64,000 nucleotides of DNA from Octopus sinensis (lineage: Eukaryota). The translations under genes and the position numbers were made by a program. Position 1 is the stretch's first letter, and every line of letters begins with the position of its first letter. Positions 27,130 to 40,948 of this stretch are shown here, in pieces. The notes under the pieces are model-generated. The model did not search any database, was not told where the DNA came from, and saw only the letters and a list, made by a program, of their open reading frames with translations. The stretch covers positions 146,630,001 to 146,694,000 of the forward strand of contig NC_042997.1 in assembly GCF_006345805.1 (NCBI RefSeq), read 5' to 3'.

Positions 27130-27350
27130 GAATTTTTTTTATCTATCTTTTGCTTGTTTCGGTCAGACTGTGGTCATGCTGGGGCACAGGTTTAAAAGAA
27201 TTTTAGTCGAATGAACTGACCTCCGTACTTATTGTTATTTAAAGTCTGATATTAATTCTGTCGGTTCTTTAACTTGAACCGCTATGTCACGGAGACTTAA
27301 GCACATCAGCACTGGTTGTCAAGCGATGGTGTAGGACAAACACAGACATA
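27130..27350 (-). mobile_element. SINE family B, 3' half
   Basis: gactgtggtcatgctggggcac...gttgtcaagcgatggt motifs. Confidence 0.75.
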
Positions 27351-27427
27351 AACACACACACACACACATACACACACACATACATGCATACATACATACA
27401 TACATACATACATACATACATACTACA

Positions 27428-28065
27428 TACATACATACATACATACATGATTACAGGGACAGAGATGCAGGAAAAGCAGTAAAATATGACAACCGATGCA
27501 GAATTTGTGGAGTGAATATCGAAGATATTACCCCTATCATAAGCAGTTGTCCAAAAATGTCATCACAGTATTATCTACCGATAACACATGATGTTGTAGC
27601 TAGGACACTGTATTACGAGATCTGTTGAAAGGGTAACCCCGGAGACAAAAAAAGAACCCATAGTATGGTAGAAGCCATAGCCACTCATAATAAAAAGGAA
27701 TATTGGTGGAATGTCCCAGTGAAAACTTCAATAAAATGTTAGCACAATAGACCTGAGATAATGATTTGGGACAGAGAAGAGAAACTGTGTACAGTTGTGG
27801 AAATTAGCTGCCCAGCAAATGTTAACATAAAGCTGAAGATCAACTGAACTATTGAGGAATCTGCAGTTACTCTATCCAGACTACAAGTTCAGATTTATAC
27901 CTGTAATTATTGGGGCACTGGGATATGTAACGCACTACCTAAATGACAATCTTGAGAAATTAGGATTGTCCAAATCAGAAAGGAGGAAGTTGATTCGAAA
28001 ACTACAGATCCAATCCATTACTGGAACTGTAAAAATTTGTAAAACTCTCCAGAAGTTTATCATTT
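27428..28065 (+). mobile_element. 3' fragment of a second RLE-type (R4/NeSL-like) non-LTR retrotransposon
   Basis: CRICGVNIEDITPIISSC zinc knuckle, THD, RPEI, EISCP, IPVIIGALG; in-frame stops. Confidence 0.8.
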
Positions 28066-29266
28066 CTATTTCACGGATTTCCACCTATCGCGTGGGGTTT
28101 TGGAACGTAACGCCCGTGATAGTCGAGGGATTTCAGTAATGCTATTTGAATTGCGTATACCGAGTTATTCTTATATAGTTTTCAGGGCAGAAACTGTCTT
28201 TATATTTAAATAAAATTATTCATATAAAGATAAAGACAGAAAAGAGAGGGAGACAGACAGAATAAAAGAGAGCGGGAGAGAGAGAGGGGGAGGAGAGAGA
28301 CAGAAAAAAGAGAGAGAAAGAATGATAAGTAGAGAGAGACACTCATCAATTGATATATCACTGTTCGTTTGTAAATAATTAGATTCGAAGACACACGATC
28401 TTCATTCGTGATCCTGCATATTGGTTTTTACTTTAAGTGAATATTAAATCTTTTGAGAAGTACAAGTCACAGTTGAAATGATAACTTGCATTGACTCAAC
28501 AGAGTGGAATTGTTTATTTTATAGCTCTGATTGTTACTATCTCATTTATGTTTGGTGTTATATATCAGCCATTTCTGATCAGTTTTCGAAGGTGAGGCTG
28601 ATTATTATAGTCTCAATAATTTGCCTCCCGCCAGCAAAAGTGAATTAATTGAGATAAAAGTCGAGGAAAACGAAAGCCTGTCAAGTCTCTCAGACTCTAT
28701 GCAAATCCGCTATTACTTCGGACAACAATTGCGATTCTGCTGGAAAGAGCAGCTAAATTTGCCTCGAGTTACACCATACCGTCTTAACAAAAGGAAAGAC
28801 TCATTGGATAATCTGATCATAGATCAAACTGGCAATGCATTACGCTCCAGCTAGGGAGTTCAGGAGTAAGGTGTTGACTCTTAGTCACCACTGCTCTGAG
28901 ATCTGCTCTAACCCGAAGTAATAATTCAAATAGCAAAAGCTGGTCCTGTGACATACGGGATACAAAGGAGTTTGAGAGATGAAAAGCAAGTTGATTATAA
29001 TTCCGTGAGATACCGACTTCACTTCAGCAAAATATTCATTCTCACTCATATTTTTGGACTTTTTTTCTCAACCTGATAATTATTTCTAGATATCTTCTTA
29101 ATGATCCTTACATTGAAAATCCTAATGAAAACAAACTTAACAGTTGGTTTCTATGCTATCGATATCTGTTATTTATTCTACAAACAAAAAACATGTTTGC
29201 AAATATTCATTCCTGATCTCGCTGTAGACAGTACAATCTTTTATCAGTTTGCAGATATAAACATCT

Positions 29267-29498
29267 TATTTCTTTATTGCCCACAAGGGGCTAAACATAG
29301 AGAAGACAAACAAGGACAGACAAACGGATTAAGTCGATTATATCGACTCCAGTGCGTAACTGGTACTTATTTAATCGACCCCGAAAGGATGAAAGGCAAA
29401 GTCAACCTCGGCGGAATTTGAACTCAGAAGGTAGCGGCAGACGAAATACCGCTAAGTATTTCGCCCAGCGTGCTAACGTTTCTGCCAGCTCACCGCCT
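29267..29498 (-). mobile_element. SINE family A monomer with B-type tail
   Basis: 16-bp TSD gcagatataaacatct at 29251-29266 and 29501-29516. Confidence 0.92.
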
Positions 29499-29904
29499 TG
29501 GCAGATATAAACATCTACTAGCAAACAATATGTTCGCTGAAGACATAAACAAAGCCAGCGACTTTATCTTGTTTCAAAGTTGTAACTACTTCTGGCTGAT
29601 GAGATATACAATGCCAAAACCTCGGTGTCTCGAAATGTTTGGCCCCTGAAGTTGCCTAGTCGTGTTAAAATAAAAATGTAAATATTCATTCTATAAACAA
29701 TTCAATGTTTATAATTTTGGACAACAGTCAGTGTACGACTGTATACATTTATTCTGTGGTTCTTTCGACATTATTTGGACATGTACGATGAAGTAAATCA
29801 ATGATTTGCTGATAAAACCAAATATTGCAGAAGTTCGAAATATATCCAGAATTTTATCCCATACTAGTGAAATAATTAGAATAATAGCACTTTCTAATTT
29901 AGGA

Positions 29905-30484
29905 ACAAGGCCAGCTAGCAGAATTGTTAGCACGCCGGGCAAAATGTTTAGCGGTATTTCGTCCGTCGCTACGTTCTGAGTTCAAATTACGCCGAGGTCG
30001 ACTTTGTTTGTCATCCTTTCGGGGTCGATTAAATAAGTACCAGTTACGCACTGGGTCGATGTAATAGACTTGATCCGTCTGTCTGTCCTTGTTTGTCCTC
30101 TCTGTGTTTAGCCTCTTGTGGATAGTAAAGAAATAAGTATTTCGTGTGTCTTTACGGTCTGAGTTCAAATTCCGCCGAGGTCGACTTTGCCTTTCATCCC
30201 TTCGGGGTCGATAAATTAAGTACCAGTTACGAACTGGGGTCGATATAATCGACTTGATCCGTCTGTCTGTCCTTGTTCGTCTCCACTGTGTTTATCCCCT
30301 TGTGGGTAGTAAAGAAATAGGTATTTCGTCGGTCTTCACATTCTGAGTTCAAATTCATCCGAGCTTGACTTTACCTTTCAACCTTTCGAGGTTGATATAA
30401 GTACCAGTTACGCACTGAAGTCGATGTAATCGACTTGCCCCTTCCCCGAAATTACTGACCTTGTGACAAAATTTGAAACCAACA
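29905..30484 (+). mobile_element. SINE family A trimer
   Basis: One head, three cores joined by the linker tagccccttgtgggtagtaaagaaataggtatttcgt. Confidence 0.9.
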
Positions 30485-31341
30485 TTAACATAATCTCATT
30501 TTATATTTAAAAGTTGATGTTCTTTTGCTGCTTGCCTCTTTTCTTTGTTTTTTTTTTTTCTTTTTGGCGCGGGGATCTTTTCTCTTTTTGCCTGTGTTAT
30601 TTACATGTGAGCTGAAGGATGGACAAAAGCTTTTCCATCCTAAACTCCATAAAGGTGAATAAATAGACATTAAAGCTTAGAATAGAACAAATGTTGATTT
30701 CTTAACGTCTTTTTCGTTATACTTTTGGTCTCTAATCTAGTGGCTTCTGTTGTATTTTATTTCTTTTATCAATAGACATTTCAATTGGAAACTCTCAACC
30801 AAACCAAACAAAACAATACAGACCTAAATTCTTTAACAGAAGAAAAGTACAATAAACAGATAAAAGAATACTTTTATCTATTTATCTACTTGTTGTTCAC
30901 AAAGCCAAGCTGTCACCTATCACACTTTTCACTAAAACTGTTACATCGTGACAGGTAAGCTAATGATTATATCCGTGTCAAAATGGGGCGAACATCGTGT
31001 CAAAGGTGACCGATTGTTAGAAGAGGCCAAAGAACTCGTAAGTGGCGATAGTATCCTCAAATACTAAAATAATCCATTCACTGTTTCTTCACTTTCTAAA
31101 ATATTTCTCTATTTTCTTCTCGATTGTTCGCTGGATTTTTTTCACGGGGTTTCCATCTCCCATTTCAAATCTCCGTGATCTTGCCACAGATCAGCTTACG
31201 CCGAGGACACAATTCACGTCGTTCTCTTTTCGTTTCTTACAGGCTGAATTAATCTGTGACTCAATCTTAACATTATATACTCACCCGCACCTCACTCCTG
31301 TCCCCTCTTTCTTTCTTTCTTTCCTTCTTCCTTTCTTTCTT

Positions 31342-31396
<55 letters not shown>

Positions 31397-31494
31397 CAAA
31401 CACATACAAATATACAGGCATTTATGTATGTGTATTTAAACGTTTGAGTGCCCCTAAAAATCTATAATCCACAGGTAAAAATTTACTGTTTGTG

Positions 31495-31905
31495 TATACT
31501 CTTACTCTTTTACTCTTTTACTTGTTTCAGTCATTTGACTACGGCCATGCTGGAGCACCACCTTTAGTCGAGCAAATCGACCCCGGAACTTATTCTTTGT
31601 AAGCCCAGTACTTATTCTATCGGTCTCTTTTGCCGAACCGCTAAGTGACGGGGACGTAAACACACCAGCATCGGTGGTCAAGCAATGTTAGGGGGACAAA
31701 CACAAACACACACACACACATACATATATATATATACATATATACGACAGGGTTCTTTCAGTTTCCGTCTACCAAATCCACTCACAAGGCATTGGTCGGC
31801 CCGGGGCTATAGCAGAAGACACTTGCCCAAGATGCCACGCAGTGGGACTGAACCCGGAACCATGTGGTTGGTTAGCAAGCTACTTACCACACAGCCACTC
31901 CTGCG
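31495..31905 (-). mobile_element. SINE family B, full copy
   Basis: tRNA-like head at 31830-31905, internal microsatellite, (gagtaaaa)n tail. Confidence 0.9.
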
Positions 31906-31912
31906 CCACGTG

Positions 31913-31981
<69 letters not shown>

Positions 31982-31983
<2 letters not shown>

Positions 31984-32275
31984 GCGCAATGGCCTAATGG
32001 TTAGGGCAGTTGACTCGCGTTCGTTGGATCGCGGTTTCGATTCGTTGTGAGTATTTATTGAGCGAAAACACTTAAAGCTCCATGAAGCTCCGGCAGGGAG
32101 TGGTGGCGATCCTTACTGAACTCATTCGCCACTACTTTCTCTCACTCTTTCTTCTGTTGGCCAGCTCGCTTAGCCAGCTGGTGGCATCATTTGAGGGCTA
32201 AAACAATGCAAAGTGCATTGTGACCAGTGATGTGTAGCAACATCTGATAGCCTGATCGGTCAAGGTGATCACGGG
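31982..32275 (+). mobile_element. tRNA-derived SINE (family D)
   Basis: ggcgcaatggcctaatggttagggcagttgactcgc...ggtttcgattc head followed by a non-tRNA body. Confidence 0.7.
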
Positions 32276-32499
32276 GATATATATATACATAATGGCCTTG
32301 TCCTTTAGAAATTGTACCGAATATTATATTAACCCTTTCCTCTAATCTTTCTACTGCTATAAATACTCCCCTTCTCCCTTCTTGTCACCATAATGTATTT
32401 TCCTATATTAACTACTAACTACTGAGCAAGCGAATTCATTATTTTGATTGTTACTAGTCAGGGAATAATGAAATGGCACAAGGTGGTGACTTTTGGAAT

Positions 32500-32830
32500 G
32501 TTTTAAATGTGTAATTCATTAAAGGTTTGTCTGAAACTACTAATGGGGAAGATATATTCAATGAAGTAATGCAGTATTTTAATGATAAAAATATTCCATT
32601 GATTAATTTGATCAACATTACATCAGATGGAGCTGCAGCCATGACTGGAAAAGTGAAAGGCTTTGTTTCTAGAATGAAATCAGTTGTTCCTCACATTTCT
32701 TATATATATTGCATTATCCACAAACAGCATTTGGTTGCTAAGAATATTGGAGGACACATGGAAGAAGCACTCAACACTGCCATACATGCAATTAACTTTG
32801 TCAAATCAAACCCAGTGAATAATAGACTAT
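32500..32830 (+). mobile_element. hAT (Charlie/Buster/SPIN-like) transposase fragment
   Basis: TTNGEDIF...ITSDGAAAMTG...CIIHKQHL; catalytic D and CxxH motifs present. Confidence 0.85.
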
Positions 32831-32893
32831 ATTATATAAAATATGGCCTTATAAAAAAACTATTAGTAATATAATAGACATTATGTGCATGTT

Positions 32894-32929
<36 letters not shown>

Positions 32930-33336
32930 CGTGCGTGTATTGATTGGTGTATGTGTGTGGTGTGTGTTTGTGTGTATGTGTGTAAAACCCATATTACATA
33001 AAGTGTATTAAGCGTATTATTATATATTATTACACTGGTATTTCATACCGACATATTGGCAGATTATTATTTCGGTTGTATATAAGATTAACTGCACCCG
33101 AAGTCTCAAGGCACTTAAAAGACTTTGGATACGCGCTAATAGCAAGTTTCGAATAAGTGCCAGTTACTCAGGTGAATGTTGTGTGAGCCAGTTCCATAAC
33201 AGACGCTTCATTAATTCTCTACATTTCTCATGGATGGGCCTTAGAGGATATATTCTTTTCTTTAATAAATCCATATGTATGTGTGTTGCATGTATATGCA
33301 TACATACGTCTGTGTGTTTGTATGTATGTCACTATA

Positions 33337-34214
33337 CGAGGTCGGATTAATAAGTATCCGGACTGTTGTTATAGTAACGAAGCTAAAGCACGCAGAGCGA
33401 AGCCACTTGGTAAAGATAGACCTTGAACTCAGCTGTGCATGTGCACTGAGTTTTAACGATTTCACTCACTTCCGCTGCTTACAGCAGTGCTTGGAAGGAA
33501 GGTGTGTAGCGTGTGATCATCGCATTGACTATGACAGAGAAAGTTGTCATTGTGCTACCTGCTCAGAGGCCTACGCAAAGTTGCAGAAAGTGTATGGAGA
33601 GGAATGTATGGGCCCTATACAAGTGTATGAGTGGTTCAGATTTTCCATCGATATTGACGAACTTTCTGGGGGACCTACAACCATCAGAACTGAGAAACAC
33701 ATTGCAGATGTACGTGCAGCTGTGAAGGGAAATCGTCGAGTCACCATCCGTGAGTTATCAGAGGATTTGCAGATTAGTTACGGTTCAGTTCAGTCCATTA
33801 ACACTGAAGATTTGGGTATGAGACGCGTGTCTGCCAAGTTTGTGCCAAAACTGCTTTCAGCTGACCAAAACGACGCTCAGGGTTTACTTGCACAAGATCT
33901 CCTTGATTGTGTCAAGAACGATGAAAGCATTTTTGAAAACTTTGCGTAGGCATCTGAGCAGGTATCGCCAAGTTTTTGGCAAAATTTGATGCAGGTTCTC
34001 TGCTCAACTTTTTCTGTCATGGTTAGTGCGACGACCAAACGCTACACGCCTAGCGTCCAAGCACTGCTGTAAACAGCGTAAGTGAGCTAGAACATTAAAA
34101 CTTAGTGCGCACGCACAGCAGAGTTCAAGCTCAATCTGTGCCAAGCAGCTCTACTCTGCGTACTTTAGCTTCATTACTATCGCAACAGTCCGGATACTTA
34201 TTGATCGGACCACG
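33337..34214 (+). mobile_element. Internally deleted mariner element with long TIRs
   Basis: ~60-bp TIRs (aataagtatccggactgttg...), TA on both sides; HTH region RRVTIRELSEDL...SAKFVPKLL. Confidence 0.9.
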
Positions 34215-34672
34215 TATGTGTTAGAGGAAAGATAATATGTTATCTTTTCTATTCAGGAGTCTAGTAACCTTTTATTAGGCATCTACATTTTGCTTGGCAA
34301 GTAAAGTTATCTATCTGGATGAAATATTATTTGCTAGTGACCATTTTATGACCGGAATGTTCTAATAATTCTATAATTCTATAATTTTAATTTTGTGGTG
34401 TTTAAAAGTTCTGTAGAATAGAGGTTTTATTTCTGATAGCTTATATTGTGTAGACATTAACTGTCTCTGTGACTGTATCTGCATTGAAGCAGTATATTTG
34501 GTATGAAGAAACGAAATAAATGTATTGAGTTTATTTGTCTATATATGTATTATCTAAAACTGGACTTGATGGTTCAGATAAATTCTTGAAAATACTATTT
34601 GAAGGTACTGTTATTTTCAAAGTCTTCCTTTAGAGTCTCAAAAACAAGTATTTTATCAATATACTAGATGTA

Positions 34673-34830
34673 ATTCGTTCGTCTTTACGTTCTGAGTTCA
34701 AATGCCACCGGGGTCGACTTTGCCTTTCATCCTTTCGGGGTCGTTAAATTAAGTACCATTTGAGCACTGAGGTTGATGTAACGACTTTATCCCTGTCCGA
34801 AATTGCTGGCCTCGTGTCAAACTTTGAATC
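34673..34830 (+). mobile_element. 5'-truncated SINE family A
   Basis: 16-bp TSD caatatactagatgta at 34657-34672 and 34831-34846. Confidence 0.9.
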
Positions 34831-35356
34831 CAATATACTAGATGTAGTTTGTTTAGACGTTCTTGTCTTGATACGAATTTGTTTTCTATTTTGACCATGT
34901 AGAACGTTGCAACCGGAGGTCTCAGTGGAGAATCTAAAGCTACTCCGTCTTCAGAAAATATATTATTCTGTGAATAAAGAAAAAGAACAATCAGCTAGGA
35001 AGTTGTACAAAACAAAAATAAATTTAAAGAATATAACAAGCATTAGTCAATACAGAATATTCAAACTCGGTAGTACTTTTTACCAGTTCTATACGATTTG
35101 ATTTTTTAACTTTGATGTTATGACAAGAATGTGTCAGGATATCAGATGATGTTATCGTCATAGTATCTCACAAATCAAGATGAAACTCACCAAAATAGAG
35201 AATTATTAATGGAAAGACGAATATGGATTAACCAGAGCTAATTGGTGGTATTACAACTTGGCACATGGATGGCACATGCATGCTGGTTAGCGTTGTCATA
35301 GGACTAATGTCTTCCTTTAGTCTCTCAAAAACAAATATGTCATCAATATACTAGAT

Positions 35357-35476
35357 GTAGTTCGTCTCTCTTTACGTTCTGGGTTCAAATGCCACCGGGG
35401 TCGACTTTGCCTTTCATCCTTTCAGGGTCGAAAAATTAAGAACCAGCTGAGCACGAGGTTGATGTAATCGACTTAG
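35357..35476 (+). mobile_element. SINE family A copy within an older local duplication
   Basis: Same upstream flank and diagnostic aatgccaccggggtcg as the 34673 copy. Confidence 0.8.
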
Positions 35477-36214
35477 TGCCTGGGTTGGTTCATAATTTCA
35501 GGTAGGTAAGAACTGAAATTTGCGAGTAGAGTGGAGCCCTCCCTCAAGAATGCATCGAAAAGAAGATATTTCGAAACGTTGCCAGGGGTTTGGTGAATAT
35601 CCACATTACTTTATCGATGTCTTAACCCAGCAAATGTCTGTCCAGATTGGAATATAGGCTCTTTCAGTTGTTAGATATAATGGATTTCTCTTCACCAGAA
35701 AGTACATCTGCCATCAACAGCCATTTATTTTTGTTCATTCATTCTTTAATTGCCCTTTCTTTGAAGTTAATTATTTTTAACGTCATATATGAACCCCATC
35801 AAATATTTCAATCGACTTTATTATAACTGTTACATTTGCATACGACCTCATACTTGTTTCGTTATTTTAGTTTTCATTATCAGACTATACTTATTAATGG
35901 TTTCTTGCTTCAGTTCTTAAATCTCGTACGAAGACTGGAGAAGTGAACATCTTTGATAATTGTATTTTTAAACTATTTCCAGTATCGAGGAAAATCTGAC
36001 TTTTTCTTTCTTCTCTCCACTACTTTCCATATTCGAGTTTTGACATACTTGCATACATATAAACATACATACATACATACACACACACATACATACATAC
36101 ATACATACATACATACATACATACATACATACAAACATACACACATACATACACACAGGCATACGTACGTGAGTGTGTAAAGAACAAACGAAGCAGCATA
36201 CTCCATATGAATGC

Positions 36215-36256
<42 letters not shown>

Positions 36257-36258
36257 AT

Positions 36259-36289
<31 letters not shown>

Positions 36290-36585
36290 ACTTACATGCA
36301 CCCATACAGGCATCCATACGTATAAATATGCATACATACGCATACATAGGTGTAGGTATACGTATCTGTGGGTATAACACCCAGATGATACATGTATATA
36401 TTCTGGGCATAAACACGAGAACACTGACATCTAACGTTCATCTTGTCCATTGTCTCTTCAGGTTTCCTTTTGATCACAAGAGTATGTATATCATACGTGT
36501 ATGTGGTCAGATACATGTATACCACGCATGTAGATATGTACATACAGATTGATATGTTCCAGTAAACACTATGCATGTGTACATG

Positions 36586-36644
<59 letters not shown>

Positions 36645-37039
36645 CATATATATATACATACATTATATATAACATATATATAAGCACATGCAGACATAAT
36701 ACATACATACACACCCATATATATATAAACATACCTACATATATATAAATATATATATATAGAGAGAGAGAGAGAAAGAGACAGACATACAGTCAGACAG
36801 AAACGTAGACATAGATATAGTTATATAATCATGTAAAATACACTAACCAATTCAAAGCAATAGTTTGTTTGCCGTTTTATTTTATTTATTAATTTTATTT
36901 ATTTATTTTGGAATGGTAGGGTAGAGCATAGAAAATCTATTTCCGTTTGTCCGGGCCTATTCATTGTCTCAAATTTTCGTGTGAGTACTTTCCCCCACCT
37001 CACCCTTTTTTCTGATTTTATGCTCTATCTCTCTCTCTG

Positions 37040-37113
<74 letters not shown>

Positions 37114-37507
37114 AATACAGGACCATTCCGCCACCTGCTTCTCTCTTTAAAACACCATAAAACTTCCGAATGCAGCAGGAGCTAGCTTCAAATTAACGCC
37201 AAATAAAACAAGCCTTGTCGTCAAAGCTGTGCTAAGATACAAACGTATCTTGTTTTATTGCGGTTTACTGTTGAGGAGTATGTAAACGACAATAACGTTC
37301 CTTTTGGGGTTTATTATTTGGGTTTTTCATCATCTTTTTTTTATCATTTTTCTTCCCCTTGTTCTTTCGGATTGGATCTGGTTGTCTGCAAAAAAAAAAA
37401 AAAAGCTGTGAGGTATGTTTAATTATATTGCTTGAATTTTTCTGTTTTCCCTTTTTTTTTTGACACAGATTTAAAGAGTATTAGTCAAATGTGAAAGTCT
37501 GCAGGGA

Positions 37508-37542
<35 letters not shown>

Positions 37543-38520
37543 TATTATTATTATTATTATTGCTGTAAAGTGCTACACCTCCGCCTAACATGTATGTATG
37601 TATGTATGAAGTTCTTGCAATTTCTGAATGTCTTCATGCTGCTTGCTTCTCTTCCTCCTCCTCGTCATCCTCTCTTTCTTTTCTATCATGCTTTTCCATT
37701 CTCTCCCCCTCTCCTTCTCTCTCTCTCTCTCTCTCTCTCTTTCCATCTTACTTCCTCTGTTACTCCTTCTCTCTTCTCTATCCGTTACTCCTATATCATC
37801 ATCTGTTACTGAAGAAGACAAAACTTCACGCTTCTACAGTACTGATTGAATCATTTTTCTCCCTCTTATCCACACATGCACATACTTTCGTATGTGCATA
37901 CATACAAACACATACACGTATATAGACACACATACACACACACAAACACACACATATACACATAAACACATACGTACATACAAACCATTAACTCATATAC
38001 ATATGTATTTAGATAAACTTATAAAGTGTTGGACCAATATTGGCACAAGTCATATATAACTTAATAACATCACCTGATGAAACCATTATTGTCATATTGT
38101 ACGGCTCACAGCACATTTGAGTAGGAGTCATTGATGGCCTAAACCTCTCCGTGTATCGATGGTTTGTCTGATATTTTGTCGGGAAACTGGTTCAGATAAC
38201 GTTTGAATATTATACAGACATTTTCTTCCTTGATTTTATTGTTGAATGGTACAAGATCAATTGAACTAAGAGGGGAAAAAAAGCAATAATGAAGTCATAC
38301 CGGTTTACGGTTAAGTGCTGTAATTTCCATTTGGTTCGAGGGCGGACGAAAGTTCAGCCCTTGGGCAAGATGAATTTTAATGCTGATATATTTTCTACAT
38401 TATACAAATAATGTGCCTTTAATGGCAATGTTAAAGAAAACAAAATCTGAGTATTTTGAAATGGTCTCAGTAATGAAGGATTGTCATGGTACTCATGTTT
38501 GTAATAAATATTCTGTGAAA

Positions 38521-39130
38521 GGCGGCGAGCTGGCAGAAACGTTAGCACGCCGGGCGAAATGCGTAGCCGTATTTCGTCTGCCGGTTACGTTCTGAGTTCA
38601 AATTCCACCGAGGTCGACTTGCCTTTCATCCTTTCAGGATCGATTAAATAAGTACCAGATACGCACTGGGGTCGATATAATCGACTTAATCCATTTGTCT
38701 GTCCCTGTTTGTTCTCTCTATGTTTAGCTCCTCGTGGGTAGTAAACAAATAGGTATTTCGTCTTTACGTTCTGAATTCAAATCTCACCGAGTTCGACTTT
38801 GTCTTTCATTCTTTCGGGGTCGATAAATTAAGTACCAGTTTCACACTGGGGTCAATGTAATTGACTTAATTCCATTGTCTGTCCTTGTTTGTCCCCTCTA
38901 TGTTTAGCTCCTTGTGGGCAATAAAGAAATAAGAAACGTTAGCAAGCCGGGCGAAATGCTCAACGGTATTCGTCTGTCTTTACGTTCTGAGCTCAAATTC
39001 CGCCGAGCTCGACTTTCCATTCATCCTTTCGGGCGCGATAAATTAAGAACCATTTGCGTACTGAGGTCGATCTAATTGACTGGCCCCCACCCCATGAAAT
39101 TCGGGCCTTGTGCCTAGACTAGAAAAGAAT
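38521..39130 (+). mobile_element. SINE family A trimer
   Basis: Three cores; imperfect TSD aataaatattctgt / aataagtgttctgt (12 of 14 match). Confidence 0.9.
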
Positions 39131-39214
39131 AAGTGTTCTGTCAGATATTTCGATGATCATTATAGTTCGTTCGAGTGGAGAAAAAGTAGAGAACGGAAGA
39201 ATGAGGACATCTTT

Positions 39215-39563
39215 TATCTTTTAGCTTTCAGTCATTAGACTGCGGCCATGTTTGGGCACCGCCTTGAAGAATTTTTCTCAAACGAATCGACTTTAGTACT
39301 TATATTTTTTAAGCCTGGTACTTTATTGCGTCGGTCTCTTTTGCCGAATGCAAAATTACAGGGACGTAAGTACATCCACATTGGTTCTAAATTGTCAAGT
39401 AATGGAGGCTGGGACAAACACAAAGTCATGCACATGCACACACACGCGCACACACTCACATGCACACACATGCATACATACATATATACATACATACATA
39501 CATACATACATACATACATACATACATACATACATACATACATACACACACATATATATATAC

Positions 39564-39616
<53 letters not shown>

Positions 39617-39695
39617 CGACAGGCTTCTTTCAGTTTCCGTCTCCCAAATCCACTCACAAGGATTGGTCAGCCTGAAGCTTTGCCCAAGATGCCAC
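39215..39695 (-). mobile_element. SINE family B, 5'-truncated, with expanded internal microsatellite
   Basis: Homologous to 31495-31905. Confidence 0.85.
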
Positions 39696-40078
39696 ACGTA
39701 TGTATATGTACACACACACACACATATACACACATACATACACACACACACATACACACACATGTCTTTTCTATTTTTATCTTTTACTTGCTTCAGTCTT
39801 GTAATTCATTGAAATATCTTTAACGTATGCAGTAAATGGTAACATGCGATATGATTGGTCACCCAGTGTTGAGCCATTTCATATTTTTGTCTTGTACTGT
39901 ACAAACAAAAGGAAGTCAAGAGAAAAACGAATTAGTATATTTCAAATAGTACTAACGAGTGTGTGTGTATGTGATGGTATATCGGTGAAAGATTTTAAAC
40001 GCGAGAGAAAACTGAAAGCCTCGTTGCTTTTAAAGTGAAGTCTTTCGCGAAATTGGTTCCACACCATGTGGCAGATAC

Positions 40079-40124
40079 CTCTTCGCCATTGTCATTATGA
40101 GAGATACAATGAGCAGTCCCTGCT
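40079..40124 (-). CDS. Possible upstream exon (contains ATG ACA ATG GCG AAG AG)
   Basis: ttccaacag acceptor and GAG/gtatct donor; its phase-2 end would give MTMAKS-LFVAVFL. Confidence 0.2.
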
Positions 40125-40372
40125 CTGTTGGAAAGCGGTCACCAACGTCGTTATTGTTCATCAAATCTAATATAATATAAATCAATATTGGATATTACCT
40201 TTTTAACAAATATTAATTGTATCATATTACATAGACTACAAAACACCGTGTAAATTGATCTTGGGTTGCTGGGGTTTCATAAATGACGACTACTGAAAAT
40301 GTGTTTCATTTGTTGATTTATTTATCTATCACCTTAGATCGAGATATTTTTTCGTGTCTGTACCTATCAACG

Positions 40373-40688
40373 TGGAGGCACATGGCCTAGTGGTTAGAGC
40401 TGAGGACTCGCGGTCGAGGGATCGCGGGTTCGAATCTCAAACAGGCCTGTGTGTGTGTGTGTGTGTGTTTTATGAGTGAAGCACCTAAGCTCCACGCGGT
40501 TCCGACAGAAGGTAATGACGAACTTCTGCTTACACTTTCGCCACAGCTTTCTCTCACTGTTTCCTCCTGCATCTAGTAGCTCACCTACGACGGGCCGGCG
40601 TCCCGTCCAGGTGGGGAACCTATACGCCAACGAATCCAGGAAACCAGCCCTTATGAGACAGGCATGGCTCGAGGAGCAAACAACAAAT
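40373..40688 (+). mobile_element. tRNA-derived SINE (family E) with a cgtcccgtccagg V-like motif
   Basis: A and B boxes tggcctagtggtta / gggttcgaatc followed by a non-tRNA body. Confidence 0.7.
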
Positions 40689-40731
40689 ACCTATCAACAG
40701 ATTAAACATATATATATATATATATATATAT

Positions 40732-40897
40732 AGGCGCAGGAGTGGCTGTGTGGTAAGTAGCTTGCTTACCAACCACATGGTTCCGTGTTCATTCCCACTG
40801 CGTGGCACCTTGGGCGAGTGTCTTCTATTATAGCCCCGGACCGACCAAAGCCTTATGGGAGGATTTGGTAGATGGAAACTGAAAGAAGCATATCGTA

Positions 40898-40948
<51 letters not shown>

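Noticed and set aside
28582-28854. Protein-like + strand frame FEGEADYYSLNNLPP...
   Set aside because: No recognisable motif, no linked exons, and opposite strand to the candidate gene.
36440-36478. Possible further hammerhead on the minus strand (CTGAAGA...GAACGTT)
   Set aside because: No pairing stem II, incomplete GAAA, and no homology to the repeat family.
40161-40175. Third copy of the 15-mer tcaaatctaatataa
   Set aside because: AT-rich and isolated; probably chance or part of an unrecognised repeat.
40373-40445. tRNA-like sequences at SINE heads (also 31982, 38521, 40732)
   Set aside because: No complete cloverleaf or acceptor stem, and each continues into a SINE body; not tRNA genes.
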